Positions 9,054 to 16,984 are shown, numbered from the stretch's first letter. The stretch is 64,000 bases of DNA from an uncultured Candidatus Saccharibacteria bacterium (GCA_964612745.1 CAZTCH010000001.1:6074-70073), one strand, 5' to 3'. A program made the numbers and translations. The notes: generated from the sequence alone by a model not told the origin.

Positions 9054-10787
9054 ATGAACGCAGAAACTCCTCCAAAACCCCCACAGCCACAGCTCTTTGG
9101 CGTGCTTAAATCCTATACTTGGTTACTCGTATCCCTTATTGTGTTGTCGTTACTATCCAACGGGTTTACGTTGTGGCTACCACGCATTATGTCTCATGGC
9201 ATAGATGGTTTTGTGCGTGGCGACTCTTTGCGGCTGGTGCTATGGCAGTTTGGTGTGGCCTCTGGGCTTATTTTCCTCTTTACGTATTTGCAAACATTTG
9301 TGCAGACGTATGCGTCAGAACGAGTCGCGCGAGATATGCGCATGCAAGTTTCGGACAAAATAGCGACACAAAGTTACGCGCAAGTGCAGGCAATGAGTCC
9401 CGCAAAGCTTTTGACGAACCTTACTTCTGATATAGACGCGATTAAGACATTTGTGGCACAAGCGATTGTGAATGTTGTCTCTTCGTTATTTTTGATCATT
9501 GGGGCGAGTGTGCTGTTGGTCGTGATTAATTGGAAGCTAGGGTTAGCGGTATTGCTTATTATCCCTATTATTGCCGGTACATTTTTTGTTATTCTAGGCA
9601 AGGTTCGTTCGTTGTTTTTGGAGTCTCGCCAAGTGATTGATTGGCTGAACAAAGTGATTAACGAAAGCATTATTGGTGCGGCGCTCATTCGTGTTTTGCA
9701 CTCTCAGTCGCGCGAGTATGAAAAATTTAGTGATGCAAATAGCAAAGCGCGAGATATTGGGATGGGGATTTTAAAGCTGTTTTCTGCGATGATCCCAATT
9801 ATTACGTTTACGGCTAATTTGGCAACATTGGTTATTTTGGTTTTGGGTGGGAAGTTTGTGATTGGTGGGTCGCTTTCTATTGGTGATTTCGCTTCATTCA
9901 ATAGCTACTTAGTTATTTTAATATTTCCCATTTTACTTATTGGGTTTATGAGTACGCTTATTGCGCAAGCGCAAGCATCGTACGGACGCATTGTCGAAGT
10001 GTTATCGTCTGCGGAAGTGGCGGACACCGGAACGGTTGTTGCAGCACTCGCGGGGAGAATTGATGTGCGTGAGGTGAATCTGTCGTTTGGGCAGAAAGAG
10101 GTGTTGCGTCATGTGTCGTTTGCTGTTGCAGCAGGGAGTCGGGTGGCGATTATTGGTCCGACTGCTGCAGGGAAGACACAGTTACTGCATGTGTTAATTG
10201 GTTTGGTGGCGCCTACTGCTGGCGAGGTATTATATGACGGACGCTCCATTCAGGAATATCAACGTGAAGGTTTGTATAAACAAATTGGATTGGTGTTTCA
10301 AGATAGTGCTATTTTTAACATTAGTCTACAAGAAAATATTGCGTTTAACACCGCAGTCTCAGAAGAGGCAATGCACAAAGCCATTGAAACTGCAGAGCTG
10401 ACTGACTTCATTGCTTCATTGCCGGAAGGCTTACAAACCGTAGTGTCTGAGCGGGGCAATAGTTTGTCGGGTGGGCAAAAGCAGCGCATTATGCTGGCTC
10501 GGGCACTGGCGGTAAACCCGAAGATTATTCTGCTGGACGACTTCACTGCTCGAGTGGATTTGGCAACAGAACAAAAGATCCTTGCGAACATTGCCCAAAA
10601 CTACCCTGGCGTAACGCTGGTCTCTGTAACGCAAAAAATTGCTTCGGTTGAGCAGTACGACCAAATAGTCGTACTTATGGAAGGGGAGGTACTCGCTACA
10701 GGTACTCATGCAGAGCTACTGGCGACGTCACCAGAGTACGTCCAAATATATAATTCGCAGCAAAGCACCAATACTCATGAACTATAA
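9054..10787 (+). CDS. ABC exporter, fused permease/ATPase (heterodimer subunit A)
   Basis: TM domain, Walker A GPTAAGKT, LSGGQKQR, degenerate Walker B ILLDD, Q replacing switch His. Confidence 0.92.
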   Translation: MNAETPPKPPQPQLFGVLKSYTWLLVSLIVLSLLSNGFTLWLPRIMSHGIDGFVRGDSLRLVLWQFGVASGLIFLFTYLQTFVQTYASERVARDMRMQVSDKIATQSYAQVQAMSPAKLLTNLTSDIDAIKTFVAQAIVNVVSSLFLIIGASVLLVVINWKLGLAVLLIIPIIAGTFFVILGKVRSLFLESRQVIDWLNKVINESIIGAALIRVLHSQSREYEKFSDANSKARDIGMGILKLFSAMIPIITFTANLATLVILVLGGKFVIGGSLSIGDFASFNSYLVILIFPILLIGFMSTLIAQAQASYGRIVEVLSSAEVADTGTVVAALAGRIDVREVNLSFGQKEVLRHVSFAVAAGSRVAIIGPTAAGKTQLLHVLIGLVAPTAGEVLYDGRSIQEYQREGLYKQIGLVFQDSAIFNISLQENIAFNTAVSEEAMHKAIETAELTDFIASLPEGLQTVVSERGNSLSGGQKQRIMLARALAVNPKIILLDDFTARVDLATEQKILANIAQNYPGVTLVSVTQKIASVEQYDQIVVLMEGEVLATGTHAELLATSPEYVQIYNSQQSTNTHEL

Positions 10788-12537
10788 TTTACAAACTGCA
10801 AACCAAGAGCAGAAGACGCCATTTTTGCAAGTGCTCAAAAAACTGTGGCCACTGATTGCGCAAGAAAAAACGATTGTTTTGTTTGCGTTGTTGGCTGTAC
10901 TGGTTAACTCTGCGTTCAACTTGGTGGCGCCACGATTAATTGCCCACACTATAGACACCTACTTTTTTACACGTGACTACCACGGAGTACTCGTTTTTTC
11001 TGGAATAATATTGGTACTCTATGTCTTTGGGTTACTCACCAGCTATTTGCAAACACGGCTCATGGGTGGGGTGGGGCAGCGAGTATTGTTCCGGTTGCGC
11101 AATCAGATTTTTAATAAAATTCAAGAACTCCCTGTAGCATTTTTTAACCAAAATAAAGCAGGGGATTTGATTTCGCGAATAAACAACGACACAGACAAAA
11201 TTAACCAGTTTTTTTCCCAAGGATTGGTGCAATTTATTGCGAACTTATTTTTGATGGCGGGTGCAGCAGTATTCATGCTGAGCTTAAATGTCCGTTTGGG
11301 GGCTGCAACACTTGCTCCAGCGGTGGTGTTGGTTGTGTTAACGCAAGTGCTGTCTGGTTGGATTAAACGAAGTAACTTGTCTAGCGCGCAGTCGTTGGGG
11401 AGCCTGAGTTCGGAAATTCAGGAAAGTTTAAATAATTTTAAAGTGATTATTGCGTTTAACCGCAGGGATTATTTTAAAAAGCGGTTCCAAGAGGTAAATG
11501 CAGAGAACTACCACGCTGCGGTAAAGGCAGGGATAGCAAATAACACGTTTACGCCAGTTTACGGGTTGGCTTCCAATGTAGGGCAATTGATTGTGTTGGC
11601 GTATGGTATTTCTTTGATTTTGTCTGGTAATTTTACGTTGGGTTTGCTGGTGAGTTTTATTTCCTATGCGAACCAGTTTTACAATCCACTCAGGCAACTT
11701 GCTGCACTGTGGACGAGTTTCCAAGCAGTACTGGCTAGTTGGGATCGCGTGCATGAAATATTGCAACTAGAAAATAATCTTGCGGTGCAGGAAAACGTAG
11801 AGAGTGCGCAGGCGGCAGTACTTCTTGAGTTTCGGGATGTTGCTTTTCACTACCCAAATGGGCGAGAAGTATTGCGAGGGGTAAACTTGCAACTACAAGC
11901 GGGCAAAACCTATGCACTTATTGGGCCTACTGGTGGTGGTAAAACAACTACGGCTTCGTTATTGGCACGTTTGTACGACCCAACTGCTGGCGCGGTGTTT
12001 ATGCATGGGAGGGATATGCGTAGTTACACACCAGAAGAGCGTACTCAAAAAATCGGATTTATTTTACAAGAGCCAATTTTGTTTACGGGGACCGTACGGG
12101 AAAATATACTATATGGAAACGAGCAGTTTGCGCAGTACGACAATGCACAATTAGAGGCAGTATTGCATACCGCTGGCGTAGAAACATTGTTGCAGCGATT
12201 TGACCAAGGGTTAGACACGCCTCTTACTGCAAGTGGAGAAGCGGTGAGTTTGGGGCAAAAGCAGCTCATTGCATTCATGCGCGCCGTTTTACGCAATCCT
12301 GAGATACTGGTGCTAGACGAAGCAACAGCAAACGTAGACACGGTAACCGAACAGTTGTTGGAAGATATTCTGAATCACTTACCAGCTGCGACTACCAAGG
12401 TGATTATTGCACACCGGCTGAACACTATAAAAAACGCAGACGAAATATATTTTGTGAATGCAGGGGAGGTCACTTTGGCAGGTTCCATGGAGCGTGCGTT
12501 AGACATGTTGCTGCACCAAAAGCGGCAAGGGGAGTAG
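10777..12537 (+). CDS. ABC exporter, fused permease/ATPase (heterodimer subunit B)
   Basis: GPTGGGKTT, VSLGQKQL, LVLDEAT, IAHRL; overlaps upstream stop. Confidence 0.92.
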   Translation: MNYNLQTANQEQKTPFLQVLKKLWPLIAQEKTIVLFALLAVLVNSAFNLVAPRLIAHTIDTYFFTRDYHGVLVFSGIILVLYVFGLLTSYLQTRLMGGVGQRVLFRLRNQIFNKIQELPVAFFNQNKAGDLISRINNDTDKINQFFSQGLVQFIANLFLMAGAAVFMLSLNVRLGAATLAPAVVLVVLTQVLSGWIKRSNLSSAQSLGSLSSEIQESLNNFKVIIAFNRRDYFKKRFQEVNAENYHAAVKAGIANNTFTPVYGLASNVGQLIVLAYGISLILSGNFTLGLLVSFISYANQFYNPLRQLAALWTSFQAVLASWDRVHEILQLENNLAVQENVESAQAAVLLEFRDVAFHYPNGREVLRGVNLQLQAGKTYALIGPTGGGKTTTASLLARLYDPTAGAVFMHGRDMRSYTPEERTQKIGFILQEPILFTGTVRENILYGNEQFAQYDNAQLEAVLHTAGVETLLQRFDQGLDTPLTASGEAVSLGQKQLIAFMRAVLRNPEILVLDEATANVDTVTEQLLEDILNHLPAATTKVIIAHRLNTIKNADEIYFVNAGEVTLAGSMERALDMLLHQKRQGE

Positions 12538-12577
12538 GGCCTTGTTTAGGGTAAAAAAGGAAAACCGCCAGCGAACT

Positions 12578-13192
12578 TTATGGGTTCGGGGCGGTTGTTG
12601 TTAGCGGCTGCGTGGAAGTATAAACTGGCGCGTGTTTGTGTTGGTTTGAGTTTGCACTCCAGCGCATAGCTGTGTAGCTGTGTTCTAGCGCATGTCCTAC
12701 CCAGCGTTCATCTATGAACTGTGGGAGCCCTGGGCGTGGGTTCCATAAAAGCATGTTCCCAAGAAAGCGCCTCCATTCACTTTCTGGAAGTATTGCGGGA
12801 AAGTATAAGTGATGTGACCGTCCACTGCGGTATACATCTACACTTTTGATATCCCACCGAGCGGGTAACCATTTTGCAAAGTTACTATCAGTGTCGTGAG
12901 ATTCCTGACAGTCTGTGAAAAGCATGTGACCACGCTGGTTTCCATGTTTATCAAATACCTGCGATTGTATTGCAAGTTCTTGACCGAGTTTGAGTGTTTC
13001 AATGTGGTACTGAACCAAGTGGGGAGTTAAGTCCTCAAATTTGATTGGTACAATGACACGAGTGTCATTTGTACTCGTTTGCGGTACGTAGAAGTATTTT
13101 GCCAAAAGCAATATGCTTCCACGTGGTATAAGGCCAAGGCGGCCTAACTTGAGAATTGATTGTATGGGATGTAAGTCCCAGTTTATTTCCAC
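12578..13192 (-). CDS. AEP-superfamily 'primase 1D-like' protein
   Basis: ELAIQSQV...HMLFTD (single Asp), SGRSHHLY (SGxxxH), W..FLG..LL, IDERWVGH, MRWSAN; GTG start with SD AAAGGAGGG. Confidence 0.65.
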   Translation of the reverse strand: MEINWDLHPIQSILKLGRLGLIPRGSILLLAKYFYVPQTSTNDTRVIVPIKFEDLTPHLVQYHIETLKLGQELAIQSQVFDKHGNQRGHMLFTDCQESHDTDSNFAKWLPARWDIKSVDVYRSGRSHHLYFPAILPESEWRRFLGNMLLWNPRPGLPQFIDERWVGHALEHSYTAMRWSANSNQHKHAPVYTSTQPLTTTAPNP

Positions 13193-13307
13193 TGTATTAG
13201 CCCTCCTTTGGGTTTCGTGTTGGGGGTATTGTAAGGAATACGGCTAAATATAGCAATTACAAAAAGCTCTATTACATTTCTTGTAATAGAGCGAGTGGTT
13301 GCCTGTT

Positions 13308-13439
13308 CTACTTGGGGAGTGGTTCGTAGCTGGCACGGGGAGAGCTGGGGACTTCGCGGGGAAGTTCGTGCTTGGTACAGCCTGCAGCAAGCAGGGTGAC
13401 CGAAAGAAGAAGTAGGAAATAGATGTGGAATGTTTTCAT
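13308..13439 (-). CDS. Small putative lipoprotein (43 aa)
   Basis: Manual translation MKTFHIYFLLLLSVTLLAAGCTKHELPREVPSSPRASYEPLPK*; lipobox LAAG-C. Confidence 0.5.
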   Translation of the reverse strand: MKTFHIYFLLLLSVTLLAAGCTKHELPREVPSSPRASYEPLPK

Positions 13440-13622
13440 AGTAGTATTATACCGCATTGTGCCAGTGCATTGATTTTTTTGCCTTATTTTGTTAGTATAA
13501 GCAGGAATTGGGCAAGAGCAGAGAATAGAGAGTAGAGGTTAGAAAGAGCTTTTTAGTTTTTCTGGCGTGAAGACTCTCTTGTCTTTCTCGCAACTAGCAA
13601 CTAGTCACTCGCAACTAATTCT

Positions 13623-13697
13623 GGCGCCATCATCTAATGGTTAGGATAGGTGGTTCTCATCCACCAAATCGGGGTTCGATTCCCCGTGGCGCTACCA
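13623..13697 (+). tRNA. tRNA-Glu (CTC)
   Basis: Acceptor GGCGCCA/TGGCGCT, anticodon arm GGTGG-ttCTCat-CCACC, GGTTCGATTCC, encoded CCA. Confidence 0.95.
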
Positions 13698-13733
13698 ATA
13701 AAAATACACCAGCATGCTGGTGTATTTTTATTG
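13696..13733 (+). terminator. Palindromic terminator after tRNA-Glu
   Basis: caataaaaatacaccagc-at-gctggtgtatttttattg. Confidence 0.7.
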
Positions 13734-13745
13734 GTAGAGAAAAGA

Positions 13746-13970
13746 CACGGGGAATCGAAAAGAGCGGTCCCGCCACCAGCGGGACTGCGCTGCGACTAGT
13801 TGGAGCAGTGCAGAGCGGCGGGGTCGCGTTAGGCGTCATGCGATGCGCCCGAAGGAAGCAGAGCATAGCCGTGGGTGACTGATTCCCCGCATGTTCGCCG
13901 TAGCTTTGGCGAAGGAGTGTGGCGCTACCAAACTAAAACAACACCGAACAATTGTTCGGTGTTTTAGTTT
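13746..13970 (+). repeat. tRNA-Glu-derived element: inverted T-arm copy, interrupted 3'-end duplicate and second terminator
   Basis: 13746-13759 is the reverse complement of tRNA 13675-13688; gattccccg (13881-89) + 30-nt insert + tggcgctacca (13920-30) repeats the tRNA 3' end. Confidence 0.75.
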
Positions 13971-14004
13971 GCCCTGAGCTTGTCGAAGGGCTCCTGTAAT
14001 CGAC

Positions 14005-14040
14005 GATGGGCACCATGTGCTGCTGTAGATGGTGCCCATC
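14005..14040. repeat. GATGGGCACCATCT REP/REPIN-like element, copy 1
   Basis: gatgggcaccat...atggtgcccatc; other copies at 22635, 24981, 42946, 50862. Confidence 0.8.
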
Positions 14041-14090
14041 TTGCCACCAACTTACTTACCCCACCCCGTGTATTTTGTTATAATTGCTCT

Positions 14091-14579
14091 ATGCACATGT
14101 ATCTTATTGACGGTGTGTCCGGTGCCGGAAAAACAACAATTTGTGAAGAGTTAAATAAGCGCGGGTATAGAGCAGTGGAGGCTGACGAGGTATTAGCAGG
14201 ATTTATTGATCCCGCGACAGGATTGCCTACAGATGACCACTCATCCGAAAATTGGTATTGGAGCAAAGAAAAGTTTGAGAATATGGTCAAAGAAGCGGGT
14301 GAAGCTGATATTTTTGTTTGTGGTGGGGCGATGAATAAACCAGATTTTCTGAATCGATTCACTAAAGTCTTTACGCTACATCTTGATGATGAAACTTTGA
14401 GAGACAGATTGCTACACAGAACTACTAACGACTACGGTAAGAAGCCTGAGGAGCTGGATTTCCAACTCAGGGAGAATCAAAAAACTGTACAGTATTCTAA
14501 GGAGCGTGGTTCTATACTGATTGACGCTACTAAATCTGTCGATGAAGTTTTAACTCAAATAATAAAAAACCTTGTGTAG
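14091..14579 (+). CDS. P-loop nucleoside/nucleotide kinase-like protein (AAA_17/18-like)
   Basis: YLIDGVSGAGKTT Walker A, LID motif LRDRLLHR, IDAT. Confidence 0.8.
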   Translation: MHMYLIDGVSGAGKTTICEELNKRGYRAVEADEVLAGFIDPATGLPTDDHSSENWYWSKEKFENMVKEAGEADIFVCGGAMNKPDFLNRFTKVFTLHLDDETLRDRLLHRTTNDYGKKPEELDFQLRENQKTVQYSKERGSILIDATKSVDEVLTQIIKNLV

Positions 14580-14720
14580 ATCGTTCATACTGCTGACGAT
14601 GTACATTATGTGTAGCTACGACACGCTGTGTTCATTGTTGGGTGGTAATTATATTGAGGCGAGTTGGTAGCGCTGCTTTTTCCTGCTAAAATCACTAAAT
14701 CTAAAACCTAACGAAAAACT

Positions 14721-15200
14721 ATGACTTCAAAAAATACAGTGTGTTTGTGGTACGACCGTGATGCAGAAGCGGCAGCAAACTTTTACGCGGTAACGTTTCC
14801 GGATACGGTAGTGACAGGTGTGCACAAAGCGCCAAGTGATTTTCCCGATGGTAAAGCAGGGGACGTGCTTACCGTTAATTTTACGGTCATGGGCATACCT
14901 TGTATGGGTTTGAACGGCGGACCGGCATTTACACAGAGTGAAGCATTTTCTTTTCAGGTAATTACCGAAACACAAGAAGAAACAGACAAGTACTGGAACG
15001 CAATTGTAGAAAATGGTGGGCAGGAAAGTCAGTGCGGATGGTGCAAAGACCGCTGGGGTGTGTCGTGGCAAATTACCCCACGTGTGCTCGTGGACGCAAT
15101 GACTGCAGGTGGCGAAGAAGCAAAGCGCGCATTTGAAGCAATGATGCCCATGAAAAAGATTGACGTTGCTGCAATTGAGGCAGCACGTAAAGGGGAATAG
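14721..15200 (+). CDS. VOC family protein (PhnB / 3-demethylubiquinone-9 3-methyltransferase-like)
   Basis: CLWYDRDAEAAANFY, GLNGGP, CGWCKDRWGVSWQI, MKKID. Confidence 0.92.
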   Translation: MTSKNTVCLWYDRDAEAAANFYAVTFPDTVVTGVHKAPSDFPDGKAGDVLTVNFTVMGIPCMGLNGGPAFTQSEAFSFQVITETQEETDKYWNAIVENGGQESQCGWCKDRWGVSWQITPRVLVDAMTAGGEEAKRAFEAMMPMKKIDVAAIEAARKGE

Positions 15201-15243
15201 CACAGTAAAAGTGGACAGTGGATAGTGGACAGAGAACAGTGCG

Positions 15244-15292
15244 CAGTCGTTTGAGGCCCTGAGGGGTCCTCAGGCCCTCGAAGGGTGGATAG
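15244..15292 (+). repeat. Left ~50-bp inverted repeat flanking the tRNA-like cluster
   Basis: cagtcgtttgaggccctgaggggtcctcaggccctcgaagggtggatag matches the reverse complement of 15797-15845 with about 5 mismatches. Confidence 0.8.
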
Positions 15293-15334
15293 TGGACAGA
15301 GGAAAAACCGTTGCGGGGCAGCGGTTTTTTTGTA

Positions 15335-15363
15335 TTGACTTGATGGGATAAAGACGGTATCAT
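15335..15363 (+). promoter_or_regulatory. Sigma70 promoter of the tRNA-like cluster
   Basis: TTGACT (15335)-17 bp-TATCAT (15358), 12 nt upstream of the first cloverleaf. Confidence 0.65.
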
Positions 15364-15375
15364 GCTTCAAACATC

Positions 15376-15447
15376 GGTCCCTTAACTTAATGGTAGAGTG
15401 CTGAGCTCCACGTTCAGAGGTTGTAGGTTCGAATCCTACAGGGGCCA
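15376..15447 (+). tRNA. tRNA-Trp-like (CCA), atypical anticodon loop
   Basis: Acceptor GGTCCCT/AGGGGCC, anticodon arm CTGAG-ctCCAcg-TTCAG, GTAGG-TTCGAAT-CCTAC; C at position 37; no encoded CCA tail. Confidence 0.7.
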
Positions 15448-15571
15448 TGAGTTGTAGCTCAATGGTAGAGCGCTGCTACTGAATAGGTAGGCTAAGACAC
15501 ATCAATTGAAGAAATTATGTGTATAGCGATTAAAAATCCAGAGGTTGTGGGTTCGAATCCCATCAGCTCAG
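15448..15571 (+). ncRNA. 124-nt tRNA-like RNA with a 52-nt insertion in the anticodon stem (AAA anticodon if removed)
   Basis: Acceptor TGAGTTG/CAGCTCA, D arm GCTC-AATGGTA-GAGC, T arm GTGGG-TTCGAAT-CCCAT; removing 15476-15527 gives CTGGA-ttAAAaa-TCCAG. Confidence 0.75.
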
Positions 15572-15573
15572 TT

Positions 15574-15646
15574 GCTAGGGTAGCTCAACGGCAGAGCGTT
15601 CGCTTTTATAGCGGAAGGATTGCGGGTTCGAGTCCCGTCCCTAGCG
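15574..15646 (+). tRNA. tRNA-like gene with TTA anticodon (ochre-suppressor-like or undetermined)
   Basis: Acceptor GCTAGGG/CCCTAGC, D arm GCTC/GAGC, anticodon arm TTCGC-ttTTAta-GCGGA, T arm GCGGG-TTCGAGT-CCCGT. Confidence 0.7.
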
Positions 15647-15670
15647 TTGTCCACAGGAGGACAGATACAT

Positions 15671-15749
15671 GTGCGGTTTGGTGCCGCTTAGTGCGCCAAA
15701 TATTTTGGATCTTAGATCCATTCCGCACTGGCGAGCTTCGTGCCCGCCA
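15671..15749 (+). ncRNA. Putative structured RNA (three-way junction plus hairpin) downstream of the tRNA-like genes
   Basis: GTGCGG/CCGCAC encloses TTTGGTGC/GCGCCAAA and TGGATC/GATCCA; then TGGCG/CGCCA hairpin containing TTCG. Confidence 0.45.
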
Positions 15750-15759
15750 ACAGAAACGA

Positions 15760-15789
15760 AAAACAACATGTAATGGTACATGTTGTTTT
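15760..15789. terminator. Bidirectional intrinsic terminator
   Basis: aaaacaacatgt-aatggt-acatgttgtttt between the RNA cluster and convergent scpB. Confidence 0.75.
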
Positions 15790-15796
15790 GTTTTTT

Positions 15797-15845
15797 CTAT
15801 TCACCCTTCGAGGGTCTGAGGACTTCTCAGGGCCTCGAACGACTG
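15797..15845 (-). repeat. Right ~50-bp inverted repeat flanking the tRNA-like cluster
   Basis: ctattcacccttcgagggtctgaggacttctcagggcctcgaacgactg. Confidence 0.8.
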
Positions 15846-15863
15846 TCCACTATATACTGCTCT

Positions 15864-16730
15864 TTACTCTTCCTCGTCATCTTCATCGTCGTCGTCAATA
15901 AACTCATCTTCTTCTGTGGTGGTTGGGGTTGTTGCTGTAGGTGCTGGAGCAGGTGTTGGGGGTGTGTACGGAGCATATGCAGGCTGGGCTTGCGCGTATG
16001 CCGTGTGTTGGGGTGCTGGCTCTTGCCATGTTTGTGCTGGTGGCTCAGGTTGTACTACAGCTGGTGTTTCTGGTTCACTGAACACCGGAGGAGCTGTAGG
16101 GGCGCTTACATTTTGTGGAGTAGTAGGGAAGTTGGCTACAGGGTCGGTATAGCTTGTAGTTTGTACTGGTGCAGCCTCTGCTTCTGTGACTTCTGCTTTT
16201 GCTTGTGGTGTTTCTGGAAGTTTAATGCTTGCAGTAAGTTTTTCGAACTCTGGCAGGTCTGACACAGATTGCAAACCCATGTGTTGCAAAAACTCTGTCG
16301 TTAGCTGGTAGTGGGCACTTCTGCTGTCTGCAGGGTTAACCACTTTTTCTATAAGTCCGCGCATGAGCAACTGACGAATGGAATACTGACAGTTTACTCC
16401 ACGGATAGCTTCTATTTCTGCTTTGGAAATTGGCTGGCGGTACGCAATAATACCCAATACTTCTACGGTCGCATCGGTCAACTTTTCGCGCAGGTCTGCG
16501 GTTAAGTAGTTTTTAACTAAGTTTACATTTTGTGGGTTGGTACCGAGTTGCCACTGGCCATTGGCTTCCATGACTATGATGCCCGAAGCTTTGCGCGCTT
16601 CTTGCAAACTTTGCAATGCAGCAAGGACTTCTGCTTCTTCCTTTTCACAGAGTTTTGCAAGGAGCGCTGGAGTTGCTGGTTTGTTTGCAACAAACAAAAT
16701 GCTTTCGAGTTGTGCTTTGAGTTCTTCCAT
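15864..16730 (-). CDS. scpB: SMC-Scp complex subunit ScpB with Pro/Ala/Thr-rich and acidic tail
   Basis: LESILFV, EVLGIIAYRQPISKAEIEAIRGVN, TTEFLQHMGLQSVSDLP. Confidence 0.93.
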   Translation of the reverse strand: MEELKAQLESILFVANKPATPALLAKLCEKEEAEVLAALQSLQEARKASGIIVMEANGQWQLGTNPQNVNLVKNYLTADLREKLTDATVEVLGIIAYRQPISKAEIEAIRGVNCQYSIRQLLMRGLIEKVVNPADSRSAHYQLTTEFLQHMGLQSVSDLPEFEKLTASIKLPETPQAKAEVTEAEAAPVQTTSYTDPVANFPTTPQNVSAPTAPPVFSEPETPAVVQPEPPAQTWQEPAPQHTAYAQAQPAYAPYTPPTPAPAPTATTPTTTEEDEFIDDDDEDDEEE

Positions 16731-16753
16731 AGGAGTGAAATAGAGTTAAAAAC

Positions 16754-16984
16754 TTACCGCGCTTGGAACAGCCAAATACCGAGACCAATTAATACCAGCG
16801 AAATAACCACAATCTGTGCTTGGTTGCCCATGAGTCGCGTGTTCTCGGGCATGCCTTCCGGGATTTTGAACACACCCACGTACGAAAGCAACCGTTGCAA
16901 CGTAAAATACCACGGCTCGTACAAGGTAGTACCGTAGATATAGCCCACTATTATGAGTAATGCAGCAAAGATAATTCTGTTCAT
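16754..16984 (-). CDS. Small two-TM membrane protein
   Basis: 76 aa, two hydrophobic helices, co-oriented between scpA and scpB. Confidence 0.55.
   Translation of the reverse strand: MNRIIFAALLIIVGYIYGTTLYEPWYFTLQRLLSYVGVFKIPEGMPENTRLMGNQAQIVVISLVLIGLGIWLFQAR

Noticed and set aside
13881-13930. attR of an integrated prophage or island at tRNA-Glu
   Set aside because: Only about 180 bp from the tRNA and no integrase; treated as a miniature element or scar
13637-14039. ORFs overlapping tRNA-Glu and its downstream element, and ORFs over 15029-15819
   Set aside because: They translate tRNA and palindromic repeat sequence
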